From: Theionarchaea archaeon
Lineage (GTDB): Archaea > Methanobacteriota_B > Thermococci > Methanofastidiosales > SZ-28-30
DNA: 64,000 bases
Direction of reading: 5' to 3'
Assembly: GCA_018992685.1 (NCBI GenBank)
Contig: JACVGT010000001.1
Location: 64,001 to 128,000 of the forward strand
A program made the position numbers and the translations under genes. Numbering within the stretch: position 1 is the first letter of the stretch; the number at the start of each line of letters is the position of its first letter. The notes beneath the pieces were generated by a model. That model searched no databases. It was not told where the DNA came from and saw only the letters and a program-made list of their open reading frames with translations. This document shows, one piece after another, positions 10,440 to 20,745 of this stretch.

Positions 10440-11096
10440 TTACACTTTCTTTGCCGTATAGCAAATATCTGCCATCTGCCAGCCACCACCTTCAGGGTGA
10501 TTTTTCTCAATGACAAGTTCAGTAATTCTCTTTTCCTTCCTGATGACCTCAAAGGCTTCAAAATACGCGTCTGGTTCAGTATCCTCGTAATAACTGCATA
10601 TGTGTCCTTCCTTTGTGATGCCAGAATACCACTCTTCTTCCTGGAGAAATTCACCTGGAGAGACTTCTTTTCCGCGTCCGAACCAACAGTCATCAACAGA
10701 CACAAAATTGACAAAACAGAGTCCTTCATTCTTGAGAACCCGTCTAATCTCCTGTACAGCAGTGGCTGTGTCTTTCTTTGATAAATGGCATACAGTGTTG
10801 ACAGAGTACACAAAGTTCATTGATTCGTCTCTGAAGGGGATGTTTCGAATGTCTCCCAGCATGATAGGTACATTCAGGTTCGTCTCCCTGCAAAACTCGC
10901 GCGCGAGCTGAATCTGCTCAAGGGTACTGTCAATTCCAACAACTCTGTACCCCTGCTCACGGAAAAGAGCCAAGGGCGGGTAATTGCCTCCTGCACCACA
11001 ATCCAGGATCTCCTTCTCGAGGGGACTTTCATTGCACTCTCTTAGGAACCCGTACAGGGGCCGCACCAGGGGATGGGAGAGAATAAAGGGCTTCAT
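10440..11096 (-). CDS. Class I SAM-dependent methyltransferase
   Basis: ILDCGAGG motif I, GDIRNIPF, RVLKNEG. Start moved to ATG 11096 behind AAGGTGA RBS. Confidence 0.85.
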   Translation of the reverse strand: MKPFILSHPLVRPLYGFLRECNESPLEKEILDCGAGGNYPPLALFREQGYRVVGIDSTLEQIQLAREFCRETNLNVPIMLGDIRNIPFRDESMNFVYSVNTVCHLSKKDTATAVQEIRRVLKNEGLCFVNFVSVDDCWFGRGKEVSPGEFLQEEEWYSGITKEGHICSYYEDTEPDAYFEAFEVIRKEKRITELVIEKNHPEGGGWQMADICYTAKKV

Positions 11097-11185
11097 TTCA
11101 GTCACCTTACTGGTTCTTCTGACGACATGTGTGCTTTGGTGTTTGAAAGAAAAAGATTTCGCAAGAACAGCACTCACTCGACAGG

Positions 11186-13546
11186 TCATACAACGCCATG
11201 TGCAGTCCTCGAAATGATCTCATCCTGTAGCTCCTTTCCAATATCTACAAAGTAGTCGCTGTATCCTGCCACCCTGACAATCAGATCCCTGTACATTTCC
11301 GGGTTTTGCTGGGCCTTCCGCAGGGTTTCTGCATCAACAACATTGAACTGTATGTGGTGTCCTCCCAGTGCGAAATACGTGCGTATCAGGTGCGCCAGCT
11401 TCTCTATTCCAGCAGTACTCTGCAGTACGTGTGGCAGGAATTTCTGGTTTAGTAGGGTTCCCCCTGTCCTGACATGATCAATTTTCGAGGCAGACTTTAT
11501 CACAGCAGTGGGTCCATTGAGGTCTGCTCCCTGACTGGGGGAAATTCCGTCTGAGAGAGGTTCTCCCCGTCTCCTTCCATTGGGCGTGGCTCCCGTGGTC
11601 TGGCCAAAATAGATGTGCACAGTGGTGGGCAGCAGATTTATGCGGTATTCCCCACCCTTGGTGTTGGGTCGTCCGTCCACCAAATCAAAGTACATATCGA
11701 AGACATCTCTGGCAATGGAATCAGCATAGTCCTCATCATTGCCGTACTTTGGAGCATCTACCAGCGATTGCCTTGCCCTTGTACATTCCTCAAAGTTCCT
11801 GGCAAGACTGTGAAGCAGCTCTTGCATGGTCATTGAATTCTCATCAAACACACAGTACCTGATGGCAGCAAATGAGTCTGTCACTGTTCCCATGCCTACT
11901 CCTTGAATGTAGGTGGAATTGTACCGCGGGCCTCCATCATGATAGTCTCCCCCCTTTTGTATGCAGTCATCAATCAACAATGACAAGAAAGGGGCAGGCA
12001 TCCACTTTGCGTACAACCTCTCAATGATATTATTGTATTTGATCTTCAGATCAACGAAATACTTCAACTGGTTCCTAAATGCTTTCATTATTTGTTCAAA
12101 AGAGGTGAATTGAGTGGGATCCCCGCTTCTAATGCCTACCAGGTCCCCCGTGATGGGATCGATCCCATCATTCAATGTAATTTCAAGGATTTTTGGCCAG
12201 TTCATATACCCTGTCAAGATACAGCTTTCTTTCCCGAAAGCACTGATGGTAACACATCCACTGGGTCCACCAGCCCTGGCATCCTCAACAGATTTCCCCA
12301 TGCGCAGGAACTCCTGCTGGATTACATCTGCATTGAAGATGGAAGGCTGACCAAACCCACTCTTGACTATGTGGAGAGCTCTCCTCAGGAATCGTTGGTC
12401 ATTTTTTGCTGATAACTGGATACACGTACTGGGCTGGATTAGTCGCATTTCGTCAATGACGTCAAGAATCACATAGGAGAGTTCATTGACTGCATCAACA
12501 CCGTCTTCTGTGATTCCCCCAACATTGATCAAGGAGAAATCCTGGTAGGTCCCACTCTGTTCTTCAGTGATTTCCACCTTGGGAGGGGCTGGCTGGTTGT
12601 TGATCTTGATCCAGAAGCACTGGAGCAACTCCTTGGCAAAGTTCTCAGTCATAACGGTGGTTTCCAGATCCTCCTTGTAGAAGGGATACAAGTGCTGGTC
12701 AAGTCTCCCCGGATTGAAGGAATCCCACACATTCAACTCTGTGATCACACCCACGTGGACAAACCAGTACATCTGCAGAGCCTCCCAGAAGGTACGGGGT
12801 GCAAGAGCGGGAACGTGAGAGCAGACCTTGCCTATCATTTCAAGCTCCGACTTCCTCTGAGGGTTCTTTTCCGTCTCTGCTAATCTTCGGGCTTCTCTGG
12901 CATATCTCTCTGCAAATTCAATGAGTGCATGTAGGGTAATGACCATGGCTCTCAGTTCCTGTTCCTTCCAGTAAGCATCATCATCGTTGTAGTAATCCAG
13001 GTTACGCAGTGCATCCTCAATTTCCTCCTCGAGGGCCAGTAAGCCTTTATGATAAATCTTATCGTCCAGAATAGCATGGCCGGGGGCTCGTTGCTCCATG
13101 AATTCTGTGAACACTCCAGCATCAAACGCTCTCTTCCACTGAGCTGACACTGCGCAGAACACTCGCTCCCGCATGGTCTTCTGGTTCCAGAACGGGATGA
13201 TTTTTTCCCTGAATACTCTTTTGACATCTTCTGAAACATGGAACGGTGTCTTTTCCCTGGATGAGAGGACTTCCAAGTCCTCCAGAGTATGGCAGCATAA
13301 TTCAGGATAGGTGGGTGTTGCCTTTGGGGCAGGGCCCCGTTCTCCAACAATGAGTTCACCATCTCCGAGGTAGATGGCCTTGTTCTCCAGTATGTACTTG
13401 AAAGCCAGAGCACGAGTTACCGGAACAGACTGTATGCCAGGTTCGTTCATGTAGAAATCAGTAAGCAATTCGGCCCTTTCTGCAGAGATATATGGCCTTG
13501 TAGTAATACTCTGTTCCCTTAGTCGTCTAACTCTTTCTGATAGCAT
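11186..13546 (-). CDS. Glycyl radical enzyme, trans-4-hydroxy-L-proline dehydratase (HypD)-like
   Basis: C-terminal RVAGYS glycyl loop; HypD-like EQRAPGH, ELNVWDSFNPGRLDQ, SGTYQDF, TGYMN, LPTTVHIYFG; Cys loop reads SGCVT. Confidence 0.85.
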   Translation of the reverse strand: MLSERVRRLREQSITTRPYISAERAELLTDFYMNEPGIQSVPVTRALAFKYILENKAIYLGDGELIVGERGPAPKATPTYPELCCHTLEDLEVLSSREKTPFHVSEDVKRVFREKIIPFWNQKTMRERVFCAVSAQWKRAFDAGVFTEFMEQRAPGHAILDDKIYHKGLLALEEEIEDALRNLDYYNDDDAYWKEQELRAMVITLHALIEFAERYAREARRLAETEKNPQRKSELEMIGKVCSHVPALAPRTFWEALQMYWFVHVGVITELNVWDSFNPGRLDQHLYPFYKEDLETTVMTENFAKELLQCFWIKINNQPAPPKVEITEEQSGTYQDFSLINVGGITEDGVDAVNELSYVILDVIDEMRLIQPSTCIQLSAKNDQRFLRRALHIVKSGFGQPSIFNADVIQQEFLRMGKSVEDARAGGPSGCVTISAFGKESCILTGYMNWPKILEITLNDGIDPITGDLVGIRSGDPTQFTSFEQIMKAFRNQLKYFVDLKIKYNNIIERLYAKWMPAPFLSLLIDDCIQKGGDYHDGGPRYNSTYIQGVGMGTVTDSFAAIRYCVFDENSMTMQELLHSLARNFEECTRARQSLVDAPKYGNDEDYADSIARDVFDMYFDLVDGRPNTKGGEYRINLLPTTVHIYFGQTTGATPNGRRRGEPLSDGISPSQGADLNGPTAVIKSASKIDHVRTGGTLLNQKFLPHVLQSTAGIEKLAHLIRTYFALGGHHIQFNVVDAETLRKAQQNPEMYRDLIVRVAGYSDYFVDIGKELQDEIISRTAHGVV

Positions 13547-13547
13547 T

Positions 13548-14432
13548 TTATCCTCCTATCTGAGGGTTCAGCCCATGATCTTCCAGTATCGCTAGAGCAT
13601 TCTGTATAATGTCTGGTGAAGGAGCGGTATACACAGAACTCTCTGTAGCAAAGAGTCTTTTAGCTTTTTCGACACCCCCCCTGTGGTAGGGCAGCAGAGT
13701 AACCTGGCTAACACGATATGAGGATATCAGTTTCGCCAACTCACTGAGATGCTCAGTGGAACTGTTAACTCCGGGAATAAGTGGGACTCTGACAATCACC
13801 TTATCCGGTGGAAGTAGTTTCAGGTTCTGCAGGATAATTCTGTTGGAGACACCAGTTTCTCTCACGTGAACCTCGTCAGATGCAACTTTGATGTCGTACA
13901 GGAAAAGATCTGTGCAGTTTACGATCTCTTGGAAATACTCCTGTGGTGCATACCCACTCGTGTCTACTGCTGTATGGATTTCATGTTCTTTACACACTTT
14001 TAACAACCTGTACAAGAATTCAGGCTGTGCCAGAGGCTCACCTCCCGAGAAGGTCACGCCACCATGTGATTGATCATAGAATAGAGTATCTCTTCTTATT
14101 TGCTCCAAGACATGGGATTCTGTCATGGGAGTTCCCACCACTTCTAAAGCTCCAGATGGACAGGTCTCAACACAAGCTTTACACAGGTCACACAGGGCCC
14201 TGTCCAATTCTGGGGGGGATGAGTAGTGAATTGCATCCTTCGAACAGGTATTCTGGCAGCTCCTGCAGCCAGTGCACCGTTCTGACCGCCAGGTTAGTTC
14301 TGGATATGGGTTCTTCCCTTCTGGATTGTGGCACCAGTTACAGGTCAGTGGACACCCTTTGAGAAAGACAGTGGTGCGAATGCCGGGTCCATCGTGGAGC
14401 GCATACCGTTTGATGTCAAATACGATACCTAT
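13548..14432 (-). CDS. Glycyl radical enzyme activating protein (radical SAM with ferredoxin insert)
   Basis: Frame stays open upstream of the track's 14207 start: IGIVFDIKRYALHDGPGIRTTVFLKGCPLTCNWCHNPEG...CTGCRSCQNTC...CDLCKACVETCP...SGGEPL. Likely ATA start at 14432, 5 nt after GGAGGTG. Confidence 0.9.
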   Translation of the reverse strand: MGIVFDIKRYALHDGPGIRTTVFLKGCPLTCNWCHNPEGKNPYPELTWRSERCTGCRSCQNTCSKDAIHYSSPPELDRALCDLCKACVETCPSGALEVVGTPMTESHVLEQIRRDTLFYDQSHGGVTFSGGEPLAQPEFLYRLLKVCKEHEIHTAVDTSGYAPQEYFQEIVNCTDLFLYDIKVASDEVHVRETGVSNRIILQNLKLLPPDKVIVRVPLIPGVNSSTEHLSELAKLISSYRVSQVTLLPYHRGGVEKAKRLFATESSVYTAPSPDIIQNALAILEDHGLNPQIGG

Positions 14433-14593
14433 GGTACCACCTCCTGGTAGTGATGTAATGGTGGATATTTAAAAGGTTGTTCTGTACATATGTGCGATGC
14501 AGGAGCAACCGGGGAAAGACGTGATAGTGGTATCACGAATGTCTAAATTCGTGTTACCCATAACCTTTTAAACCTGGCTGGATTCTCTACAGC

Positions 14594-15238
14594 ATGCACT
14601 TTACCGAGGTTTCCGTTGGGGCAGATCTAATCCAAAAGAACGAAGAACTTGCCCTGAAGAACAGAGAACTCCTGGATAGCCACAATGTGAAAGCATTCAA
14701 TATCATGGGAGCTATTGGCTCAGGCAAGACCATGCTCATCGAGCATGCAATTGATCTCCTGGAAGGCCGATATGCCTGCGCTGTCTTTGCTGGAGATGTC
14801 ATTGCACGCTATGATGCACAGCGATTTGAAAAGAAGGGCACCTTGACTGTTCCTCTGAACACGGGAAAAGAATGTCACCTTGATGCTCACCTGGTGGGCC
14901 ATGCTCTGGAAAAGATAAACCTGCACACCATTGATCTCCTGTTCATCGAGAATGTGGGCAACCTCGTGTGTCCTTCTGACTTTGTTCTGGGAGAGCATAA
15001 GCGGATTGTGGTGGTATCTGTAACAGAAGGTGATGACACCATTGCAAAACATCCAATGATATTCAGGATATCAGATGCTGCAGTGGTGAACAAGATTGAT
15101 ATTGCACAGTTTGTGGATGCTGACCCTGATAAGATGATTGGAGACGCACGGCGCATCAATCCTAAGATAGAAGCTATTAAGACGAGCTGCAAGACAGGAG
15201 AAGGGCTTGATAGATGGATTACTCTGCTGGTGGGATGA
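14594..15238 (+). CDS. hypB: Hydrogenase nickel-incorporation GTPase HypB
   Basis: [38 protein letters not shown]. Confidence 0.93.
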   Translation: MHFTEVSVGADLIQKNEELALKNRELLDSHNVKAFNIMGAIGSGKTMLIEHAIDLLEGRYACAVFAGDVIARYDAQRFEKKGTLTVPLNTGKECHLDAHLVGHALEKINLHTIDLLFIENVGNLVCPSDFVLGEHKRIVVVSVTEGDDTIAKHPMIFRISDAAVVNKIDIAQFVDADPDKMIGDARRINPKIEAIKTSCKTGEGLDRWITLLVG

Positions 15239-15330
15239 CAAGGAGGGGAAGTGCCCTCCTACGTTCATACGTTCGATCTTCCTCCAGGGATTCTGCAAAA
15301 TCTTTTAAGGGATCATGTCACATATGCTCC

Positions 15331-15492
15331 ATGATTGACGATAAATTGCTTGAGATCCTGGCCTGTCCCAAGTGCAAGGGAACCATCAGATTAGAAGGAG
15401 ATAGACTGATTTGCGATGCCTGCAAACTGGCTTATCCCATCCGGGAGGGTATACCCGTAATGCTCATTGACGAAGCAGAGAAACTCACATGA
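15331..15492 (+). CDS. Trm112/YcaR family protein
   Basis: [17 protein letters not shown]...[18 protein letters not shown] is the Trm112 signature; start at ATG 15331. Confidence 0.88.
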   Translation: MIDDKLLEILACPKCKGTIRLEGDRLICDACKLAYPIREGIPVMLIDEAEKLT

Positions 15493-15751
15493 TCAAGTAA
15501 AGGTGTGGCACAGTCAGAAGCTGCTGGGTTGCTTGAATGTTTCTTCTAGCTGTCATCTCCTTCGAAAAGCTTTTTTTATTCTAATTCCAGGGTTCCAACG
15601 AGACTTTTAGGGGCTGATAATCTGTCTGGTCGAGAAGTGTCCGGCTTCTGCAGAAGAACTCATGGAAAGAGTATCTGGACTTACAGCAGCAGGTTCTACC
15701 GCAATCTTTATATACCTTCGAGAAGATACTATCTCGGTAGGAGGTAAAAAG

Positions 15752-16663
15752 ATGATACGTAGAGTTATTCCAATCTTTATACTGGCAGGATTTATGCTGC
15801 TGGCACCTGCATACAGTCAGCCCAGAACGTATACCGTGAATATTCTGGGCATCAGTCAGCCAGACAGCAGGCTCCCCGTTTCCGAGAATATTACGCTTTC
15901 AGGTCAGCGGTACGTGACCTTTTCTGGTGCTCCTCTTCTTGTGGAGTTCTACGCTTCAGGGTTCGAATGCCCCAATCAAGACCTCAGTTTCTATGTTTCC
16001 TACACCTATCGGAGGGTTCGGCCAGCAAACTTCTTGGAGGACCCCAGCCTGTACGTCATGGAAGGGTTCATGACTTCCACAACCGTCATATCTGAAGGGT
16101 GTTCAGGTACGTGGAAGTCCCCGGGATTGCGCGATGGTATCCACACCATTGGCATCATGGCTTTTGATGGAGCTGGTGCCCAGAGTCCCTGGCACTACAT
16201 CAGAGTTGTCAAGAACAATGAACGAGGAACTGCCATCTCCATGTTTCCAGGAGGTGAAGATGCTGCAGGCTCAACTCAGGAGGAGTTTCCTGTGGACAGC
16301 CAGCCGCAAGTGGTCATTGATACTCCCTCTCTGGTGTTCTCCATCGGAGTGGATCCCATCCAGTATGCAGATATCTATTTCCACTCAAAATACCCTTTTC
16401 CCATTGAATATTTCTACGTTGAATGGATATTCACGTCCGGGAGCGGGTGCACGTATTCGTGTTCAGCCATTGTATATCCCATACGATTCAACGAGGGAGT
16501 GTATCGACTGGACATGACCGAGGTATTTGCCAATGAATGGGATAAGCCAAGCGACTCCTATGGCAAGTGTGCATTTGGTCCAGGAGACTTCATCGTCACA
16601 ATCAGCGCCAAGACTGCTGAGGGACTGGGACCCAGCGCTCTCGTGGTCATAAGTTTGAATTAG
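15752..16663 (+). CDS. Secreted hypothetical beta-rich protein
   Basis: GGAGGT RBS before ATG 15752; signal peptide MIRRVIPIFILAGFMLLAPAYS; Ig-like GLRDGIHTIGIMAFD segment. Confidence 0.65.
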   Translation: MIRRVIPIFILAGFMLLAPAYSQPRTYTVNILGISQPDSRLPVSENITLSGQRYVTFSGAPLLVEFYASGFECPNQDLSFYVSYTYRRVRPANFLEDPSLYVMEGFMTSTTVISEGCSGTWKSPGLRDGIHTIGIMAFDGAGAQSPWHYIRVVKNNERGTAISMFPGGEDAAGSTQEEFPVDSQPQVVIDTPSLVFSIGVDPIQYADIYFHSKYPFPIEYFYVEWIFTSGSGCTYSCSAIVYPIRFNEGVYRLDMTEVFANEWDKPSDSYGKCAFGPGDFIVTISAKTAEGLGPSALVVISLN

Positions 16664-16664
16664 T

Positions 16665-17450
16665 TCATAGGTTGTACAGTGTGCGAACCTCCTGGTCGTG
16701 GATTCTGTCCACCATGTCCTCAGTCAGAGTGCCGGTGTTCACAAGCTTCAGGGTAGTCTTGGGAACAGTCTTAGGACCCAGGACTGCTCCAGGTCTTCGT
16801 GGATCATCAATGTAATCAGTCTCCATGAGGAATTCCATCCTGGAGGTTACAGCCTGTGTAACATTGGATTCAGTGGCCAGAATGGAAGGGATCATACTCT
16901 TGTACTCAGGATGAGGAGAAGCAAAGTGTTTGATGACCCGGGTACAGCCTAGCTCCTTGACCAATCTGTCAAGGGAAGCAATACCATCACTGTCCAATGA
17001 TTCAGTATGCAGTTGAATAGGACAGTCCAGCTCCCGGGATCGTTTTAAAGCTTGTATCATGTACTCGTGAGAAGCCTCATAGGTTTCAGCAGACACAGGA
17101 TAATGGGGCCTTCCAAACTCCCCCATGCCAACTACCTTCTTTTTCTCCACATAGGATTCCACAACATCGAGAGCCTGGTAGCACACGTCTTCTTTCCCTT
17201 TGTTATATAGTCGGTCAAATTCAGCAGGGTGCAGCCCCACCACAGCGTAGCATTCTACAATATTCCTCACTGCCTGGCACACGGCCAGCGTCTTTTCAAC
17301 CTGCTGTACAAATTCTTCTACACTCTGGGGAAAGCCGGGTTTCTGGACTAGAATGATTCGTCCTCCACCCGCTTTCTTGAACTGGTTGACAGCGTCAAGG
17401 AACAACCCTCTTCTGTCAAGGTGCATGTGGTTATCAGTTATTGCTGTCAT
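16665..17450 (-). CDS. TatD-family metal-dependent hydrolase (archaeal)
   Basis: DNHMH, GLHPAE, GEFGRPHY, QLHTE, ETDYIDDPRRPGAVLGP. Confidence 0.88.
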   Translation of the reverse strand: MTAITDNHMHLDRRGLFLDAVNQFKKAGGGRIILVQKPGFPQSVEEFVQQVEKTLAVCQAVRNIVECYAVVGLHPAEFDRLYNKGKEDVCYQALDVVESYVEKKKVVGMGEFGRPHYPVSAETYEASHEYMIQALKRSRELDCPIQLHTESLDSDGIASLDRLVKELGCTRVIKHFASPHPEYKSMIPSILATESNVTQAVTSRMEFLMETDYIDDPRRPGAVLGPKTVPKTTLKLVNTGTLTEDMVDRIHDQEVRTLYNL

Positions 17451-17465
17451 CGTGTCACTCCAACG

Positions 17466-18194
17466 TCAGCTTTCCTTCTCTTCCTCTCCCCCTCCCTTTT
17501 TTCCTCTTTCCCTTTCCTTTTCTTCCTCATTTTCTTCTCCTTCCAGATGGCAGCTCTCCTGTGTTCCCAGTAATATCTTGTCCAATACCAATTCTTCATC
17601 TACTTTGGTGCAGTAGCACCCATCTTTCAGGAGGGGAACACCCTGCACGGGGCACAGAGCTGAAAGCTCCATCATACTGTAGTTGAGCTCATATCCGCAG
17701 GCAACTCCAAGAGCTCCCGTTGGCCTGTCCTTTTTTGCAATGCGCTTCACAAAACTTCCCCCTGGTACAATGTACACCTTATAACCCTCTGCTTCCGCCC
17801 TTTTCTTCAGGTTTCCTATGACACACTGTCCACACATCTTGCATTGGACCCCATACTGGGTCAGAAGGGCGGGGCACGTTGGGTTGCGCAAACACTGGGG
17901 AAAAACCAGAATTCTTCCATCAATAGCTGATTGTCTGAATGCCTTCTCATATGTCCTGTTCCGTATTTCAATGCCTATTTCGTCAACATATCGCTCACTC
18001 AATCCCACCAACCGGATCAATTTTTTCAGAAGGAAATACAGGCTATCAATAACATACAGGACAAATCGGGGCAAGATCATAACCCCTTTTCGTAGTAAGA
18101 TGAATCCCAGCAGTAGTGAAATGGCAGCAGTGACAAAAAGGAAGACAAGAGAAAAAATGAGGAGTTTTCCTATGAATGCATACGGAATCTGCAT
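17466..18194 (-). CDS. DUF116 family membrane protein
   Basis: PQCLR...CKMCGQC...PGGS...GVAC..EL...GC pattern; N-terminal TM helix. Confidence 0.8.
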   Translation of the reverse strand: MQIPYAFIGKLLIFSLVFLFVTAAISLLLGFILLRKGVMILPRFVLYVIDSLYFLLKKLIRLVGLSERYVDEIGIEIRNRTYEKAFRQSAIDGRILVFPQCLRNPTCPALLTQYGVQCKMCGQCVIGNLKKRAEAEGYKVYIVPGGSFVKRIAKKDRPTGALGVACGYELNYSMMELSALCPVQGVPLLKDGCYCTKVDEELVLDKILLGTQESCHLEGEENEEEKERERGKKGGGEEEKES

Positions 18195-18198
18195 CCGA

Positions 18199-19152
18199 TC
18201 ACATTTTCACGCCAATCTTTCTTAACGCTCTCCTGACTTCGACAATTGCATTTTCCACATCTTCTCGAGTTTTTGCACCAGTACATACGATTTTTCCTGA
18301 ACCAAAGAGCAACAAGACCACCTTAGGTTTTTTCAACCGGTAGATCAATCCTGGAAACTGTTCAGGTTCGTACTCGCAGTTAGGAAGGCCAAAGACAATT
18401 GCATCTAGGTTTAATTCAACTCCCAGGTCTGCTGAAGCCACAATATTTTGAACGACAATTTCAGGTCCTCTGAACCAGACAAACACCCCTGCATCTTCTC
18501 CGGGAATGTGACGGGGTTCTCGAGCAGGATTTATAGAATCAAGTCCTGACAGAGTGGGCTGTTCTCTCAATTCAAAAGGAATTTGAGGAGGGTTGGCTTT
18601 ATTCTTACCTACAAAGACAGATTCAGGCTTATATGTGGAGTCTACCTTGATATCAAAGGTGATAACACCTTCAGCTTCAAAATTAATACCTCTTTGTCCC
18701 TCCAATGCAGATCCTGAAAAGGTGATAGTATTCTTATCGCTCTTAACCTTGTCTTTCTTGAGCTCTTTCTTTCTCTGCTCTTCATCTACATACTTCACAT
18801 TCTTGACGGACTGAGCGGTTATTGTCCCTTCAAATGCGTGTTCAGTGCCGTCGCCACTCCATCGCACCTGCCACATCGGATCAGGAATAGGAGTATCTTC
18901 TTTCTTGAGAAGATCAATAATCTTGTAGATGGCTCTCCTGGATTCCTCCGGTGACTTGGCTCCTGTGCACACCAGTTTCCCAGAACCAAACACAAGAGTG
19001 GCGGTCTTCGGATCATCGAGCCTCAAGACCAAGCCTGGAAACTGTTCAGGCTCGTATTCGATATCTTCTACAGCAGTTGCTATTCGTTCCAGATCAATAG
19101 TTTCATTCAGGGTGGCCGATGTAACAACGTTTTGTATTTTGACGTTCTCCAT
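18199..19152 (-). CDS. tbp: TATA-box binding protein with ~138-aa internal insertion
   Basis: Two TBP repeats (QNVV/QNIV...YEPEQFPGL...FGSGK.VCTGAK) separated by an unusual insert; 317 aa. Confidence 0.95.
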   Translation of the reverse strand: MENVKIQNVVTSATLNETIDLERIATAVEDIEYEPEQFPGLVLRLDDPKTATLVFGSGKLVCTGAKSPEESRRAIYKIIDLLKKEDTPIPDPMWQVRWSGDGTEHAFEGTITAQSVKNVKYVDEEQRKKELKKDKVKSDKNTITFSGSALEGQRGINFEAEGVITFDIKVDSTYKPESVFVGKNKANPPQIPFELREQPTLSGLDSINPAREPRHIPGEDAGVFVWFRGPEIVVQNIVASADLGVELNLDAIVFGLPNCEYEPEQFPGLIYRLKKPKVVLLLFGSGKIVCTGAKTREDVENAIVEVRRALRKIGVKM

Positions 19153-19404
19153 CTATTCACCTCTCTTTTAGAGAAGGAACCTCGGCTTTATAAAGGTTCT
19201 CTTAAAAGAAGGAACTTCAGACCATAGAATGGCGACTCATGTACTGGCAGGAGAAGGGTAACATGAGGCAGTTTGGTGTACGTCCTCATCGGTATGGACA
19301 ATTCAGGTGTCTATGAACACGTCACATGCCCGCTTTACACGAAGTTAAGACTTGCGAGACTGAGAACCTGGATGTGAAGATCAAAAAAAGAAAGAAGAGA
19401 TGAA

Positions 19405-20301
19405 TTAGGTCGTTTCCTGTTCTTCCTTGGAGCCTTCAGAGACTTTTTCTTTCAGGAGTTCCCCGATTCCAGCAATACTTCCCAGGATTCCACTGGCTTC
19501 GTACGGCAGGAACACTTTTGAGGCTTTCCCGTCTGCAATCTTCTGGAGGGCCTCAAGATATTTGATTGCAATGAGGTCGTTGGTGGGGTTCCCCTTGTGG
19601 ATCGCACCGAAAACAGTATTAATGGCCTGGGCTTCTCCTTCTGCCACAGTCTTTTTCTGGTACTTGTCAGCATCTGCGACTCTCTTGATAGCCTCTGCCT
19701 GTCCTTCAGCATTCAATATTGCAGACTGCTTCTGACCTTCTGCCTCAAGAATCATGGCTCTCTTGTCTCGTTCTGCCTTCATCTGGCGGTGCATGGCTTC
19801 AGTGACATCTCTGGGGGGTTCAATCCGCTGCAGTTCTACTCTCGATACTCTAACACCCCATTTGTCAGTGGCATCATCGAGAATCTGCCTCAATTTCGTG
19901 TTGATGACTTCTCTGGACGTCAGTGATTCATCCAGAGACAGGTCACCCACTAGGTTCCTCAGGTTAGTCTGGGCTAACTTGGTAGCTGCTGTGTAAAAAT
20001 TGGCCACGTTATATGTGACCTTTACCGGGTCAGTGACCTCATGGTAAATGACTGCATCCACCTCTACCACCACGTTATCTTTGGTGATAACGCCTTGAGG
20101 TGGGACATCTACCACCTGTTCCCTCATGTCGACCTTTATTAGCCGTTCGACAAACGGAAAAACCAAGGTCAGTCCGCTGTCCACTGTCCGCTGATATCTG
20201 CCCAATCTTTCAATGAGTCCTTTTTGCCACGGCCGTATTATTTTGATGGCTGTTGCCGCAATTATGACCACTACTACGGCCAATACCACAAACTCTATCA
20301 T
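19405..20301 (-). CDS. SPFH/Band-7 (stomatin/QmcA-like) protein
   Basis: [39 protein letters not shown]. Confidence 0.92.
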   Translation of the reverse strand: MIEFVVLAVVVVIIAATAIKIIRPWQKGLIERLGRYQRTVDSGLTLVFPFVERLIKVDMREQVVDVPPQGVITKDNVVVEVDAVIYHEVTDPVKVTYNVANFYTAATKLAQTNLRNLVGDLSLDESLTSREVINTKLRQILDDATDKWGVRVSRVELQRIEPPRDVTEAMHRQMKAERDKRAMILEAEGQKQSAILNAEGQAEAIKRVADADKYQKKTVAEGEAQAINTVFGAIHKGNPTNDLIAIKYLEALQKIADGKASKVFLPYEASGILGSIAGIGELLKEKVSEGSKEEQETT

Positions 20302-20745
20302 TTACTCATCCTCCTTTATGGGGGCTACCACCAGATGGGTTCCATCCAGCCTGACAGCATGTACTTCCGTGCCCTCCGGTATGATTTCCCCTGTTTCGCT
20401 GTCTGCCCGCCATTCCTCCTTTCCTATCCTCACCATTCCCTCATTACTGATATTGTCCACGCGCACCAGGACAACACCTGTTTTTCCAACATATCGATCA
20501 GCCCCTACCCCGGGAGGCTGCTGCTTGGTGAAACGATCAGCAAATCGTCGGGACATTATCACCAGAATGCTGGCACTCACCAGGAAGATACCCCACTGCC
20601 AGGCTGGGCTGAAACCAAGATATGCTGTAATGCAGGCCAGTGCGGATCCCACGGCAAACCAAGACAAGAAAAATCCCGTGGTAAAAATTTCACCAATGGC
20701 GAAGATACCTGCAAGGATCAACCATAATAACCAGTTCTCAATCAT
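20302..20745 (-). CDS. NfeD-family partner protein
   Basis: TM N-terminus plus OB-fold GMVRIGKEEWRA...V..LDGTHLVV; adjacent to the SPFH gene. Confidence 0.88.
   Translation of the reverse strand: MIENWLLWLILAGIFAIGEIFTTGFFLSWFAVGSALACITAYLGFSPAWQWGIFLVSASILVIMSRRFADRFTKQQPPGVGADRYVGKTGVVLVRVDNISNEGMVRIGKEEWRADSETGEIIPEGTEVHAVRLDGTHLVVAPIKEDE

Noticed and set aside
14207-14225. Frameshift at the G7 run in the activase gene
   Set aside because: Manual translation shows the upstream conserved part is in the same frame (225 nt, 75 codons).
18466-18879. Intein or intron in tbp
   Set aside because: No Cys/Ser start, no His-Asn end and no LAGLIDADG motif; the insert is an open, protein-like frame.
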